DNA of 64,000 bases, filler included, from Reticulomyxa filosa (Eukaryota; Protista; Foraminifera): NCBI GenBank assembly GCA_000512085.1. It is 14 parts of 14 records of this genome, joined end to end, with 100 filler letters (N's around TTAATTAATTAA, not from the genome) between each part and the next. Parts side by side here need not be neighbours in the genome. Positions count along the whole stretch, not along the records: positions 38,402 to 39,540 come from ASPP01037495.1; positions 39,641 to 40,969 come from ASPP01035152.1; positions 41,070 to 43,206 come from ASPP01010053.1; positions 43,307 to 44,777 come from ASPP01040918.1; positions 44,878 to 48,139 come from ASPP01005814.1; positions 48,240 to 49,596 come from ASPP01001674.1; positions 49,697 to 57,323 come from ASPP01001769.1; 7 more parts are not named here. One strand, written 5' to 3'. Positions 38,402-50,600 of the stretch are shown here, piece after piece. Made by a program: the position numbers and the translations under genes. The stretch's first letter is position 1, and every line of letters begins with the position of its first letter. The notes beneath the pieces were generated by a model. The model saw nothing but the letters and a program-made list of their open reading frames with translations, ran no database searches and was not told where the DNA came from.

Positions 38402-39180
38402 AAATCACCTGGAACATGTACAAATATATAAGATCACAACTAATTTAAAATTTTTTTTTAAAAAAAAGTATCGACAAGGAGCAAAGAGACAGTAGCATGT
38501 TGTGACGTGGTCTCAGTGCCACTAAAGTATAGCAGGAACTGGTAAGACGGTCCAGGCATGGATGGTTCTTGTGAAGTGAAGTTATAAGTGTATCATTTTC
38601 CAAATGATATAAGTGCAGTTGAGCTTATTCTGAGTGACCTCGAAAATGTACTGTGTCAGTGCATTGACAAAGGCCATGAAGGTCATTTGTCCAGGGGGGG
38701 GGGTGTTCTTTCATCCGTATACGTAGATAGCGGTCATATCACTTTGATTTACGTATACTTACGGATCGGGAGGGGAGGGGGGGACGTACTGACGCCATTC
38801 GAAAATATATGACTGGAAAAAGCCTTGCGAAAACTCAAACAACTTGCTTGTGTTCGAGCGCGCCATGTGTTAATGTCGCAAGGATAACTTAATGTGTTGT
38901 TGTGGAACACCACGCAATATGTGAGTGTGGTCGCATTCGTCAACCCTTTCAGTTCATTTTCCACTAACAACTCCTCGTCGTATGCGTCCATGTTGTTTCC
39001 GTTTGCTGGCATCATCACACACAGACAGTCTTCTGCCGAACAGTTTTGCACTTGACTGCACTCAATGCAATGGCCATTCGACGGACATGTGCTCATGACG
39101 CCAGTCGTTACCAGTAACATCCACACAGCCAAAGTGCTACACCATAACACCCACCACAATGACACACTTTTTTTCCATCA
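38402..39180 (-). CDS. Secreted or surface Cys-rich hypothetical protein (3' truncated)
   Basis: Signal-peptide-like WWVLWCSTLAVWMLLVTTG, then a Cys cluster (CPSNGHCIECSQVQNCSAEDCLC) and N-glycosylation sequons (NCS, NAT, NNT). Confidence 0.55.
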
Positions 39181-39640
39181 TTTTCTTTTTTTTGGATATT
39201 CAATAGCTGCTTGTACTTAAAAAGATCATTGATTACAACATCAAAAAAACTTTATTATTCTCAGGACCCGTTCCACTGTGTTTGTTTAACTCGTTAGCGT
39301 CATTATCAAATCCAAGGAAAACTAACTTTCCAGTTTTTATTTCCCAAAATTACTAAAATTTTTATTTATTTATTGCTAATTTATGTTTCCACACATACCC
39401 GCATTTGTTGCTTTGACGAACTTTTTTCTCATTCCTCTCCCCCTTCATGTTTGTTGCGTGATAATCTTTCTTCTATTATACACATTAAAAAAGTTAAGAT
39501 ATTTGCACAACGTACTAACGTTTTACTCAATTGCATGCTTNNNNNNNNNNNNNNNNNNNNNNNNNNNNNNNNNNNNNNNNNNNNTTAATTAATTAANNNN
39601 NNNNNNNNNNNNNNNNNNNNNNNNNNNNNNNNNNNNNNNN

Positions 39641-40391
39641 AAAAAAAAAAAGGAAAGAAGAGTTGTATAAAGTGCTTCGATTAAGGCACACCCAAATGGA
39701 ATGGAAGCGATATCATAATCCAATAAAATCAGACATGCATAGTGAATTTGTGTTGGAAAAGTTTGTCTTCCCAGAAAGTAATGCCCTTCATCCTTTATTG
39801 CAAAAATATTTGGAATGTGAAAACAAAACGTTAATGGAAGAAGCACCTGCATCTTCAGCTGACGAATCTATTGCGATTTTAGACAGCTTCACTCAGGTCC
39901 CTGCCTTGGTTGTCTTAAACTCTTTCTTATTTGGTTGTATTCAAAAGAAAGGACGATTCTCGGCCAATTTTCAACAGTTTTTAGTTATGTGATAATGGTG
40001 CATTCATGACACGTATACATTCTTTTTTTTTTGTGTTAGCAAAAATGTTGCAAAAAAAAAAATCTCTATTGTTAAATATTAACAGATAATAACAGAATTT
40101 GCAATGCAAAATACCAACTCCGAAAATGCACTGAAAATTTTAATTTATGTGCGTCACTACAAGGGATTTTCGTGTAACATAATAAAGTATTGTTGCTTAA
40201 ACGGTAGTTCAACTCATTTTCGCAAAATGCTGTACTTTCTGCAAAAAAGTGCTTCACATGTATTGACAGGATTATCCAAAAAATATGCTTCAGTTTTCAC
40301 TGGGGGCGACATTGATCTGGCAAAAAAATGCTTTCATGATTTTGATGAAACTGATCAATTAGTGCTTACTATAACAAATGGAAATCATTAA
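39641..40391 (+). CDS. Hypothetical protein, last exons
   Basis: Two same-strand ORFs (39663-39992, 40104-40391) separated by an intron-like T/A tract. Confidence 0.4.
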
Positions 40392-41211
40392 ACATAAAAA
40401 AATTATTATTTTTTAATTTGTTGTTATCCGATTCTTTTTTTTTATTATTTTTGTTGGCTGCTTCTTTTGAATTGGTCTGATATCCATTCTCCTCGTTTAA
40501 TGACTTGTTTGGTGTATTTCTCAATTTTTCTTCCCTTTTTTTTTGTCAATGAGTTATCGTGTAGACTGACTTTGTGTTTGTTTGCTTGTTTTTTTTACAT
40601 CATGTTGCACAGACAGCTCCATTGTATCCATCTTTCTTTATTGGTGTAGTGTGACCGACTATTTTTTTTTAACAGAATGTACTGTTCTTCAAATTGTGAA
40701 GTGATTCACTGGAGGCGAATTAAGTCGAGCGTGTGTGGCTTAAATATTTTTAAAAGTTGAAATATCACCTAATCGTATTTCCTTTCGAATAAAATTCTTT
40801 GTTGTCAAAAAGTTAATTTTGCTGTGAAATCTTTTCTTAGTCTCTAACGAAGATATATCGTGTCTTTTAAAATAGAATCGTAAAAAGAATATAGCCGAAG
40901 TTCCAATACAGAGAAAAAATGTCCTAACAATCATGACAAGTTGTATATCGAATTAATTCAAACTTGTTCNNNNNNNNNNNNNNNNNNNNNNNNNNNNNNN
41001 NNNNNNNNNNNNNTTAATTAATTAANNNNNNNNNNNNNNNNNNNNNNNNNNNNNNNNNNNNNNNNNNNNTGTATTGTATATACATATATATATATATACA
41101 TATACATATACATATATATATATGTATATATATATATATGTATATATATATATGTATATGTATATATATATAAAAGTGTGTGTGTGTTTCTCTTCCCTTT
41201 AACAAAAAAAG

Positions 41212-43167
41212 GTGGAGCGGAGATTGAGATTCAATCGCACATCAAAAGCCAATGGCATCCCATGATAGCATGCTTCCCACTGCACAACTTGAAGCAACTG
41301 GAGTGGTTCTGGAAACAATGGGTGGAGAATTGGAGCGTCGCAGAATATATGAAAGTGCCATTGGCGGAGATCCGCGACTATTTTGGAGAGCCCACGGCGT
41401 TTTATTATGGCTTCATGATGTTCTACTTGAAGTGGCTGGTATGGCCCACGTTGATCGGGTCGATCTTCTTCCTCGTCCAGCTGGGGTACGAACGTGTGGA
41501 CGTGCCAGGACTGTTTCTGTTGGCGCTGTTCATCATCTTTTGGTGCGTGGCCTTTGTCGACTTTTGGATACGCGAAGAGAGTCGCTACAGACTGCTGTGG
41601 GGCATGACCAAGTTTCAGTCCAAGGCCGTGGCCAGACCCGAGTTCAAAGGCGAGTGGAGACATGACTTTGTGTCGGGTCTGTGGATTGAGCACTACTCCA
41701 TTGCCTATCGCTTGGTCAAAGGCACCTTTGTGTTCTCCGGCCTGCTCACGTGGATGGCCGGCTGTGTCATCGCCGTCATTTACGTCCTGCTCTTGCGAGA
41801 TGCCCATCCTACTGATCTCGGCCTCAAAGTGGGGCTGGGCATTCTCAATGGCGTCATGATCGCCGTCTTCGACGTCGTCTATCGGCTCGTCTCGCAGCAC
41901 GGCAACGAGTGGGAAAACCATCGCACCGATCAAGATTTCCACAACGCCTTGATCTCCAAATCCTTCATCTTCCGCTTCTTTAATTCGTTTTCGTCGCTTT
42001 TTTATCTGGCTTTCATTCGTCCTTATGCAAAAGGGTATTTTTGTTTTATGTGTGTGTCATGATCCCCCTTCCCCCCCTTCCTCTTCCTCTCTCTTATATT
42101 ATACGTAATTATGTAAACATAAATTTCATCAAAAAAATAAAGAGATGATTATTATATCCAAAATTATCACTCGGTATGCTCTGCGTGCAAAGACCCCGAC
42201 ACAAACCAACCTTACTGCACCGACCAAAAAGCAGTATACAGCCAAAAGGATTACAAGTGCTGCTACGAAGAATCATCAGTCGACGACGACGACGACTTAT
42301 TGTTTGAGGAAAGATATGCGCAGCGAGATCAACGTGCAAGTGCTAAGCGACTTGCAGCTGCAGCTGGCGTCGTTGTTTGTAACGGCCATAGTGATCCAGA
42401 ACACGGTGGAAGTATTGGTGCCATTCGCGTCGCGGAGAATAAAAGCGATGATAGAGAAGCGACGTTTGGACCAGCGTGGCGGCGGCGAGACAGTGATGCC
42501 GCCCAAGTCGGACGCGGAACAGCAGATGGATTTGGTGCGCAATGAGTCGACAATCGACGACATGAGTGAAATGGTGGTGCAATTTGGGTACGTCACAATG
42601 TTTGTCATTGCCTTGCCCATCACGCCATTGCTGTCGCTGATCAACAATATCATTGAACTCAAAGTTGATGGATTCAAACTTGTCAGAGAATCTCAACGTC
42701 CACATCCCAATGGATCCTCTGGATTGGGCGCATGGAATGACGTGCTTGGATTTTTTAGCATTGTTGCCGTTGGCACCAATGTGGCTTTGATCACTTGGCG
42801 CACCTCTCTGGTCAACACCTTGATCTCCTATGACCCGACCATGAAATGGGTCTTCTTCACTTTTATCTCCATCTTTTTAAGCATCCTCGTGCGCGCTGAA
42901 AAATGGGCCATCCCCGATGTCCCGCGAGACGTCGACCAAGGGGTCGAACGCCAAAAACTCATTGAAAGTGTCTTGGTGCTGGGCACGCGGGTCGATATGG
43001 ACGACGACGAACCGCCCAAAAAAGACGACCAATTGCCGTCCTTTGCATTCGATCCTTCCAAGCCTTTTGTCGAGTCCACCACCCTCCCTTTCATCCCTCT
43101 CGGAGACCTCTCACAACTTACTGACGATGACATTCAACGTGCAAACACACAGCAGTCACAACAGTAG
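41212..43167 (+). CDS. Anoctamin/TMEM16 family Ca2+-activated channel or scramblase (5' truncated)
   Basis: PLAEIRDYFGEPTAFYY, ENHRTDQDFHNALISKSFIFRFFNSFSSLFYLAF, DDMSEMVVQFGYVTMF...PLLSLINNIIELKVDGFKL, RP...GLGAW; one apparent frameshift near 42297. Confidence 0.93.
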
Positions 43168-43306
43168 TGTACGAAAGAGATTGAGAGACTGAAAAAAAAA
43201 AGGGGGNNNNNNNNNNNNNNNNNNNNNNNNNNNNNNNNNNNNNNNNNNNNTTAATTAATTAANNNNNNNNNNNNNNNNNNNNNNNNNNNNNNNNNNNNNN
43301 NNNNNN

Positions 43307-43340
<34 letters not shown>

Positions 43341-44026
43341 ACTTTGTAAACGTGATAAACCAAAAAGATAAACAAAATGGTATTCCAAAAGATATGAACC
43401 AGAACAACAAGAGCAGAAAACAAGGACTCTTCAATTCCGGTATTATCGCAGTTGGTAAGGTGCAAGCGGACGTTGTGAATAAACAATGAAATCCCGTATG
43501 TGACACTTGGAGCAATCACAAAAAAATAGCGTCTGCATCTGGGCACTTCGAAGACACTGCCTTGGAGGAGGACGGTGACGCGGAGCAAGTAGAATGAATA
43601 AAAAAATCCTTCGGTAAATACTCGCATATATCCTACGTACATTGCTTGAGTACATGCCGTTCCAACACTGTCGCTCAGCGCATAGAGCAAATGTTCAAAG
43701 ACGTTTCCAATACATATCCAAAAACAACCGACTGTGTACAGAGTCACTGTCCATTTGATTTTGGAGTCAATTGGTATTGCTCTTTCCGTATCGCTTTTTG
43801 GTAGTGATATACTTACACTCCTTTCACCTATCTCTCTCTTTTGCGAAGAGAGCTGAATTTGCTTATCCGACTCACTCCTTGCCCTCTCTCTTTTCGGGCT
43901 CCACAGGTTACGCCACACTACGTACAACAGTCAGACGCAGTAAGCACTGCATAACGAACTGACAACCAGAGTTGCCATTAACCAATTTCTAGATTCAAAA
44001 CCAGCTCTTTGCACATTTAAAGACAT
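43307..44026 (-). CDS. Second orphan 7TM receptor-like gene (TM1-TM5 visible, 3' truncated) with an in-frame TGA in TM1; possible pseudogene
   Basis: ATG at 44026 is in frame with ORF 43259-43927 except for a TGA at 43933-43931. Five hydrophobic segments; C..(TM3)..FYLLRV...GSVF resembles the 11548 gene. Confidence 0.6.
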
Positions 44027-44877
44027 TTCCTTTTTTTGATTTATTGAAAAGAATCAGGTTAGTCAATTATGTGTGTGTGTGTTTTTTTTTTTTTTTTTTT
44101 TAAACGGTCTTGAAAGAGAGGACAAGGGGGTACATTTTTCCCACAAGTTTGGAAAGTTCTTATTTTGTCACATTGCAATTTTACTTTTCATTAAAAAAAA
44201 TAAAAATAAATAAATAAACAGGACTTTTTTTTTGTTCCAAAACATATTCATTTCGGGAAACTTAATGAATTTGGAAAGACCAACCAAAAATAAGTTTTGT
44301 TCCAACTTTGGAAGTGGCAAATATGATCAAGTTTATTTTACAATACTAGTTTGAACCTGGAGCTTGTCAAAACATCCTCCATCTTTTCAGAGATGCAATT
44401 TCGTTTTGAAAAGTGAGACTCCACACATGGCAAGCTGTGTGGTCCCCTCCATCCCAAAAGCGAGTTTCTACAAAGAAATTAGTACATATATAGAAAAGTG
44501 TGCGTGACAAATTAGTTGCCAACAATAAAAAATAAAAGCGATGGACAATACGAATAACCAAGAAACGGAGTGATCACAAAAGGATAAAGAAAGAAACAAA
44601 GCGAAACAAACTCAAACGAATGAAATTGAAACAACTTTAAAAAAAAAAACAAAACAAAAAAAGTGTATGTTTTGCAAAAAAAAAAAAAAAAGAGAGTGTC
44701 AAAAAAGGTCCTCTTCTCTTTTCTAGTCATGAATTTTTTTTTTTTTTTTTTGCAAAAAAAAAAAAAAAAAAAAAAAANNNNNNNNNNNNNNNNNNNNNNN
44801 NNNNNNNNNNNNNNNNNNNNNTTAATTAATTAANNNNNNNNNNNNNNNNNNNNNNNNNNNNNNNNNNNNNNNNNNNN

Positions 44878-45571
44878 TATTGGTATTGGTATTGGTATTG
44901 ACATTGACATTGTAATTGTGACTTGAATTGCGACTGTGACCATGGGTCTGCTCTTCATATAGATTAGACTTAGACTTAGACTTGGACCTGGCAGAAGACA
45001 CCACCGCCATCGATGATGACGACGACGGCGATGACGTGGACGTAAGAGTGTAATGATCGCCGGGATATTTGAGTCCGTCACTATTCTTCTTTTCGCCAAT
45101 ACCCACATTGCTATGTCTGCTGTTGCTGTTACTGTTGCTGTGCTTTTTGTGCTGCAAAGTCCCTTCCGCTGCTTTCTTCCCATGGCCGCGCATGTCGTCG
45201 GGTACCGGAGATGACGAGTGCGATATACGTACCCCCGAGTACACACGAGGAAGCATTGATACTGCCAAGGGAACGTCTGCTTCCGATACCACTACTGTCG
45301 TCCCCATTCCCACTTCTATTACTCCTGTTTCAGTAGTTGCTGTTGTTGCTGTTACTGTTGTGGATGTAATTGATTCATGTTGTTGCTGTTGTTGTTGTCT
45401 TGGTTCGGCTTCTTCATTGCCACGACCAAACTGAGGAGGTGCCGATCGTGACAATAACACGCCACTGGAGATGCTTTCATTGTCACTGCTTCTTCGTCCG
45501 ATATTCTCTTGCATATACGCTTGTTTCTCATTTCTTCCATTCTTTTCACTCGATTCTCTTTTTTTATGCAT
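44878..45571 (-). CDS. Low-complexity hypothetical protein, 5' part
   Basis: Open frame of about 230 codons with polyQ, T, SN and SK repeats, running into a linker. Confidence 0.45.
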
Positions 45572-46078
45572 TGACTAATTCTTCTACTGCTCTCACACTA
45601 TTTTTTTTTTTTTTTTTTATCACAACAATACAATATATTCTGATCTCTCACTAGTAATAACGCTTTTTTTTTTTTTTGTTATCCCCATTCTTTCTTTCTC
45701 TTTCACATGCTTCTGACACTTTTGGAAATGTGTCCATTGTTTGATTTACTTTGCTGTTGTTTTTTTTTTACCTTCTTTCTTGCTTTATTTTTTTCAAAGA
45801 TCAGCTGACAATTGGAAAAAATTCACAAAGAAAATATTAAAACTAAAATGTTCAATCAATGCTTTTTTGCCCCTTTCTTTTTTTTCTCTCTCAAAGCCGA
45901 GCTGTAAAAAATTTCAATTGTACCCTTGCAGCATGTAAGCTTTAAAGTGAATGTATTTTTCTTTAATTCCGATCCTTTGTACTAGTTTTTTTACAAAAAG
46001 TTGGTTAAGTTTTATTTCAAACACCAAGATTAAACTACCCAAAGGGAAAAAAAAAAATGAGACAACAAAAGGTTCGGC

Positions 46079-47173
46079 ATGGATTCTTTGCGTCAAATCG
46101 ATTTGATTATCGATTCACTATTAGAAAAAACCACAAATATAACTATGATCAAACGCATTGCCATTTTAGTAGCCATGGAGGAAGAATGTGCAGCAATCAA
46201 CAAGGCACTGGACTTGGTACAATTGCCAAAAGATAGTGTTTTGGCAAAGGCATTGTTTCCAATAATTGTCCACAGCAACAAAGTTTAATTGTTTGTTTGA
46301 ATCTGGCTCGACGAATGGCAACATTATGCAAATAAAAAAAAAAGAAAGAAAGAAACCGTATTCAGCATATGGAATGGTGTGTCGAGTGCATGGCAAAGCG
46401 CAAAGCACGAAGACGATCACAAAGAAGCAAAGGACTTGAAAATAAAACTTCAAAGAGTGGGGACTCAAGCGGCGGCAATAAGTTGTTGGGAATGTATAAA
46501 AAGATTAGACCCGGACGTGATAGTGAATAGTGGTACTTGTGGTGGGATCACCAGCGTCCACAAACACGCAGACAAAACGCAAGTGTTGCCACAAGTGAAG
46601 CAAGTCTATTTCGGTGACAAAGTGTATTACCATGACCGAAGAATACCATTGCCACCATGGAACAAGGGTTGGGACGTTGGTGCTTATCAATGCTTGGCCA
46701 CGCCCAAGTTGATCCAGTACATCAACGCTAAAGCCTCTCAGGGTGTTCAATTGGCTCATATCACCACTGGTTAAGTGTTGCAAACAATATTCTCAAAAAA
46801 AAAATTTGTTGCGTTTTTTCGGTGGGTAAATTTTTTTTTTTTCCAATAAATAAATTAAAAAAAAAAAAAAGGAAATGCATTTGATCATACCCTACAAGAA
46901 CTCGAAGCATGGAAAAAATACAAAACTGTGTTGAAAGAAATGGAATGTGCAGCAATTGCAGAGGTTTGTGCAGAATTTAAAAAACCTTTGATTGCAATTA
47001 AAGGGGTCACTGACATTGTTGACAAGGAAGACACTGCTCCTGACCCACTTGTAAATCAGGCCGAAATTAATGCTCAATTTATTACCAATCTTCTACACAC
47101 TTGCCAAAATACGGCCAATGTCACCAAATTGACGGTTGACTTTGTTTTGAACAAACAAATTAGTGACTTGTAG
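46079..47173 (+). CDS. 5'-methylthioadenosine/S-adenosylhomocysteine nucleosidase (plant MTN-like), 3 exons
   Basis: IAILVAMEEE, RVGTQAAAI, PDVIVNSGTCGG, YHDRRIP, TTG|NAFD and KEMECAAIAEVC...IKGVTDIVD; introns ~46283-46348 and ~46770-46871. Confidence 0.88.
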
Positions 47174-47557
47174 CTTATTTCCTATCCCTTATTATCATTC
47201 ATTATTCATACTTTTTTTTATTTGAGTTATGGAATGAGGAAAATGTAAGCGACGACTTATTTTCTTCTATGTGTCGAATTAAAAGCTATATATGATTTCA
47301 TTTATGATTTTTTTTTTAATCCAAAATAATTAACTCTTTTCACTTTTTTGCGATTTGTTCATTGTTATACTTGCAAAAATCTCATATACCGTTTATATGA
47401 AAGTTTTAAAAAAATATATGTAAATAAGCGCCTTGTTTAAACGAATACACGACCAGATTAGCATTAACAAACAAATCAAAAAGCTGTGTTTCCAGGAAAG
47501 TTCTAGGAAAGCGTGGAACTGAATTTAAGGCTTTTACGTTTAAAAAAAAAATTAGTA

Positions 47558-48139
47558 ATGGGCTTTCTCAGCAAAACACGGAAAAGAGCGCATTGCGAAA
47601 TCAGTGATGATTCTGATCCCACGACTAGCACATCAGACCAACCTTCGGCTCCGCCGGCGAAGAAGCATTTACACTCTCAGGAGGCCAACCCAGCAATATC
47701 TAACAGCATGAGTGCTTTATCATCAATAGAAAATGCCAACAACAGTAACAGTAACAGCAGCAACAGCAACAACAATAGTGCTGGTACTGGACAAAATGAT
47801 ACCGAAAATGAGTTTGTAAGAGTGTATTATTGCAAACAAAGCCGAAAGAAACATAAAAACTACAATGACGGTATGATATGGCATCAAAAAGATAAAAAAA
47901 AGATGATACTATACGACAGCGAGGAGCCGAGCAAAGCAGTGGCGACGATAGCGACAAATGCAATGCTGTTGTCAAAATTCCGCCAGTCCCAGCGTTGTGA
48001 GGAAGGTTCAGACGCACGTTTTTTTTATATGGGTGGATACGAAATCGAAATCTATCAACAAATGGCATCGAGCGAATTCTTCAAATGGCTAACGGGTACA
48101 GATAACGAGATACCCATAACCACAGCTACAACCATGACC
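47558..48139 (+). CDS. DUF2439-like (ZGRF1/RAD54B N-terminal-like) domain protein, 3' truncated
   Basis: RVYYCKQSRKKHKNYNDGMI...KKMILYD...MGGYEIEI resembles the K-K-H-K-x-W-x-DG motif domain; NLS-like PPAKK upstream. Confidence 0.55.
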
Positions 48140-48239
48140 NNNNNNNNNNNNNNNNNNNNNNNNNNNNNNNNNNNNNNNNNNNNTTAATTAATTAANNNNN
48201 NNNNNNNNNNNNNNNNNNNNNNNNNNNNNNNNNNNNNNN

Positions 48240-48771
48240 ATGACATTTTGACGATGATTATGATAATGATATGATGAAAATTTGACACAAGTCACAGAAT
48301 CTGAATGTCCATTGAATGATTGTATTTGTTTGTTGTTATCAACATCCCACACACGAACTGTTTTATCATCTGATCCAGAACAAATCAATTGACAATCATC
48401 AAATGTCGAATAATCAATACTCCAAACCCGACCAGTATGTTCAGTGAGTGTATTGATTAATTTGGATGACGAACAAAATGTCTCAAACATGAAGACAGTA
48501 GACATCTATGTTAAATAAACATTTGAATATTTTAACTAGTGTTTTAAAAAAAGAATGAACAAATGAACTAACATAATTGACAACAAGTTTGTCAAATTCA
48601 TTAATCCATCCTAATTTTTTTTTCAATCTTCGAATCCAATGTTGTACAATTACTTGAATCTTTTCTTCTTCAGACTGTTGAATCACAAATTACATACGAT
48701 AAATAAGATTTAAAAAGACGACAGACTTTCCGAAAGCTTGTAATAAAGCTTACCAACGCTAGAGTTGTCAT
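48240..48771 (-). CDS. Lineage-expanded WD40-repeat protein, 5' part
   Basis: Exon 1 MTTLAL; exon 2 EEEKIQVIVQHWIRRLKKKLGWINEFDKLVVNY; exon 3 FCSSSKLINTLTEHTGRVWSIDYS..ICSGSDDKTVRVWD. Confidence 0.85.
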
Positions 48772-49699
48772 TTTGTTTTTTTTCTTAAAATCGTTTTTAA
48801 TGATGTAAAATGGAAGATATTTAACTTTTTTCCTCTCGAGAGTAATGAAAGGGGTTTCAAAAATCTTTTTTGGTAACGTGAAAAGTGGATTTCAACAATG
48901 TATGTTTTTTTTGTCAATGAAGATAAGAAACTTGTTTAAAAAGAACGTGCCCAAAACTAAGTATGCACGTATATCACAGGTTTTTTTTCAAAGGTTTTAA
49001 ACAAAAACTTTGAAAACAGTTGTTTGACTTTTTTTGTAGTTTAGAGACAAAAAAGGAATTTCGTGTTGAAATAAAAAGTGTAATTTAATAAAGCTTTTAT
49101 AAACTTTAAATGTGTTTTTTGAAGCAATTATGAAAGATGTAATAAAAAACCAAATAATATTTAACACAATTTGTAGATATTTTTTAAAAATCTTGAGTCT
49201 AAATGTTGTTTTTTTATGAAGAAAATCAATCATCTGTGTTAATTTTCTTTTGCATTCTACTGTATTTGAAAGACTTAATAGAAAAGAAAGGAACGTTTAC
49301 TGTATTATTTTAAAACAAAATTATGGAAAATCGTTTAAATGAATTAATAATCTACGTATTTGAAAAAATAAAATTGTTATTTTATCTGTAGTCCAACAAT
49401 GAATTAATTTATAACATGTTACAAATAATATGAAATTTTGAATATATCAACAACATTGATCTTGTTTTATGCACATTAATCTCTTTTATAGAATATTTTG
49501 GATAATACAGTAAGATAAAAAAGAAAGTTGACACCTAAAATGCCACCTTATATAGATGATTGTGTTTCTCAATGAAAAAACAACATTTAATCAAAANNNN
49601 NNNNNNNNNNNNNNNNNNNNNNNNNNNNNNNNNNNNNNNNTTAATTAATTAANNNNNNNNNNNNNNNNNNNNNNNNNNNNNNNNNNNNNNNNNNNNTTT

Positions 49700-50600
49700 G
49701 GAGAAAATTGTACTACTTTAACATAACCTGAATATTTTTTCAATGCATGACTTTTACAAGAAATAATTGCCTCATGTGACAAGTGACAAATAATCAATTT
49801 CCAATTTTAAAACAGATAATATTAATTCATCAATTATTTCATTTTGTTTGATGATTATTTAAAGTCCAGTGAATTGAATCTTCTTGGTTATTATCCAAAT
49901 ATGAACAGATAAAATATACTTTTTCCTGATCCTGACTTCCCTTGTATTACCATTACTTTTCTTTTTTGTTCTTGCTTCCTTGAATCTTGTAATACTAATG
50001 CAAAATCAGCGCAAATTGCTGGATTTTTATAAAATTGCATAAATAGCTTTTCTTTTTATTTTCTCTGAAATGAATTTATATAAATTATTCATATACAAAT
50101 TGTGCCATATCCAACGACACGTTATCATTAATTTCCAATTCATTTTTGGACAATTGTGGTTTCAATATTCCAATATCCAAATGTGATTTATAACGACTTG
50201 TCAATTTTTGCATTTCTCTGTCATTTATTCATTCACTTGCTTGCTTTAAATCTTCTTCTCTGTATTCTTTGGCTTCCATGCTAGGATATGTGAATTAATT
50301 TTGGATTTTCAATTTCTGTATAACCTTCTAATGTTGTAAACCTTTTTAATGTGGCTTGCATTTCCACATGTACATCATGCTTTGGAACAAACAATTTAAT
50401 ATTGTGGAATCTGTTATGTGTCTCGATTGTCGTTCAAAAAAATCTTTGTCTTTGAACACAACATCAGATCTTGATTATAATCATGTTGGATTTTTTCTAA
50501 TAATCGTACTTTGAGTATTGATATCCCATCGAATTTCGGTATAGTTTAATTATTTGCCAATAAGTGACACCAATCTGCAAAGTCTTTTCATTTTCTGCTG
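49700..50600 (-). pseudogene. Decayed P-loop NTPase (NACHT/STAND-like) pseudogene
   Basis: Minus strand ~50005-49910 reads FALVLQDSRKQEQKRKVMVIQGKSGSGKSIF (Walker A after a hydrophobic strand); flanking frames are broken by stops. Confidence 0.5.

Noticed and set aside
41199-41942. Long antisense or overlapping ORFs over anoctamin, the 7TM gene and the ABC genes
   Set aside because: Shadow ORFs of GC-richer coding sequence with no recognisable motifs.
43931-43933. Alternative genetic code or selenocysteine
   Set aside because: TAA, TAG and TGA all end clear genes in this window; no redox motif or visible SECIS; single instance.
4200-48139. Apparent DNA-repair cluster (MSH2, PARG, DUF2439) or signalling cluster (GEF, PKG, PX-PH, RGS, 7TM)
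   Set aside because: Most of these genes are on different contigs joined artificially; only PKG, PX-PH and RGS share a contig, and nothing links them functionally in the sequence.
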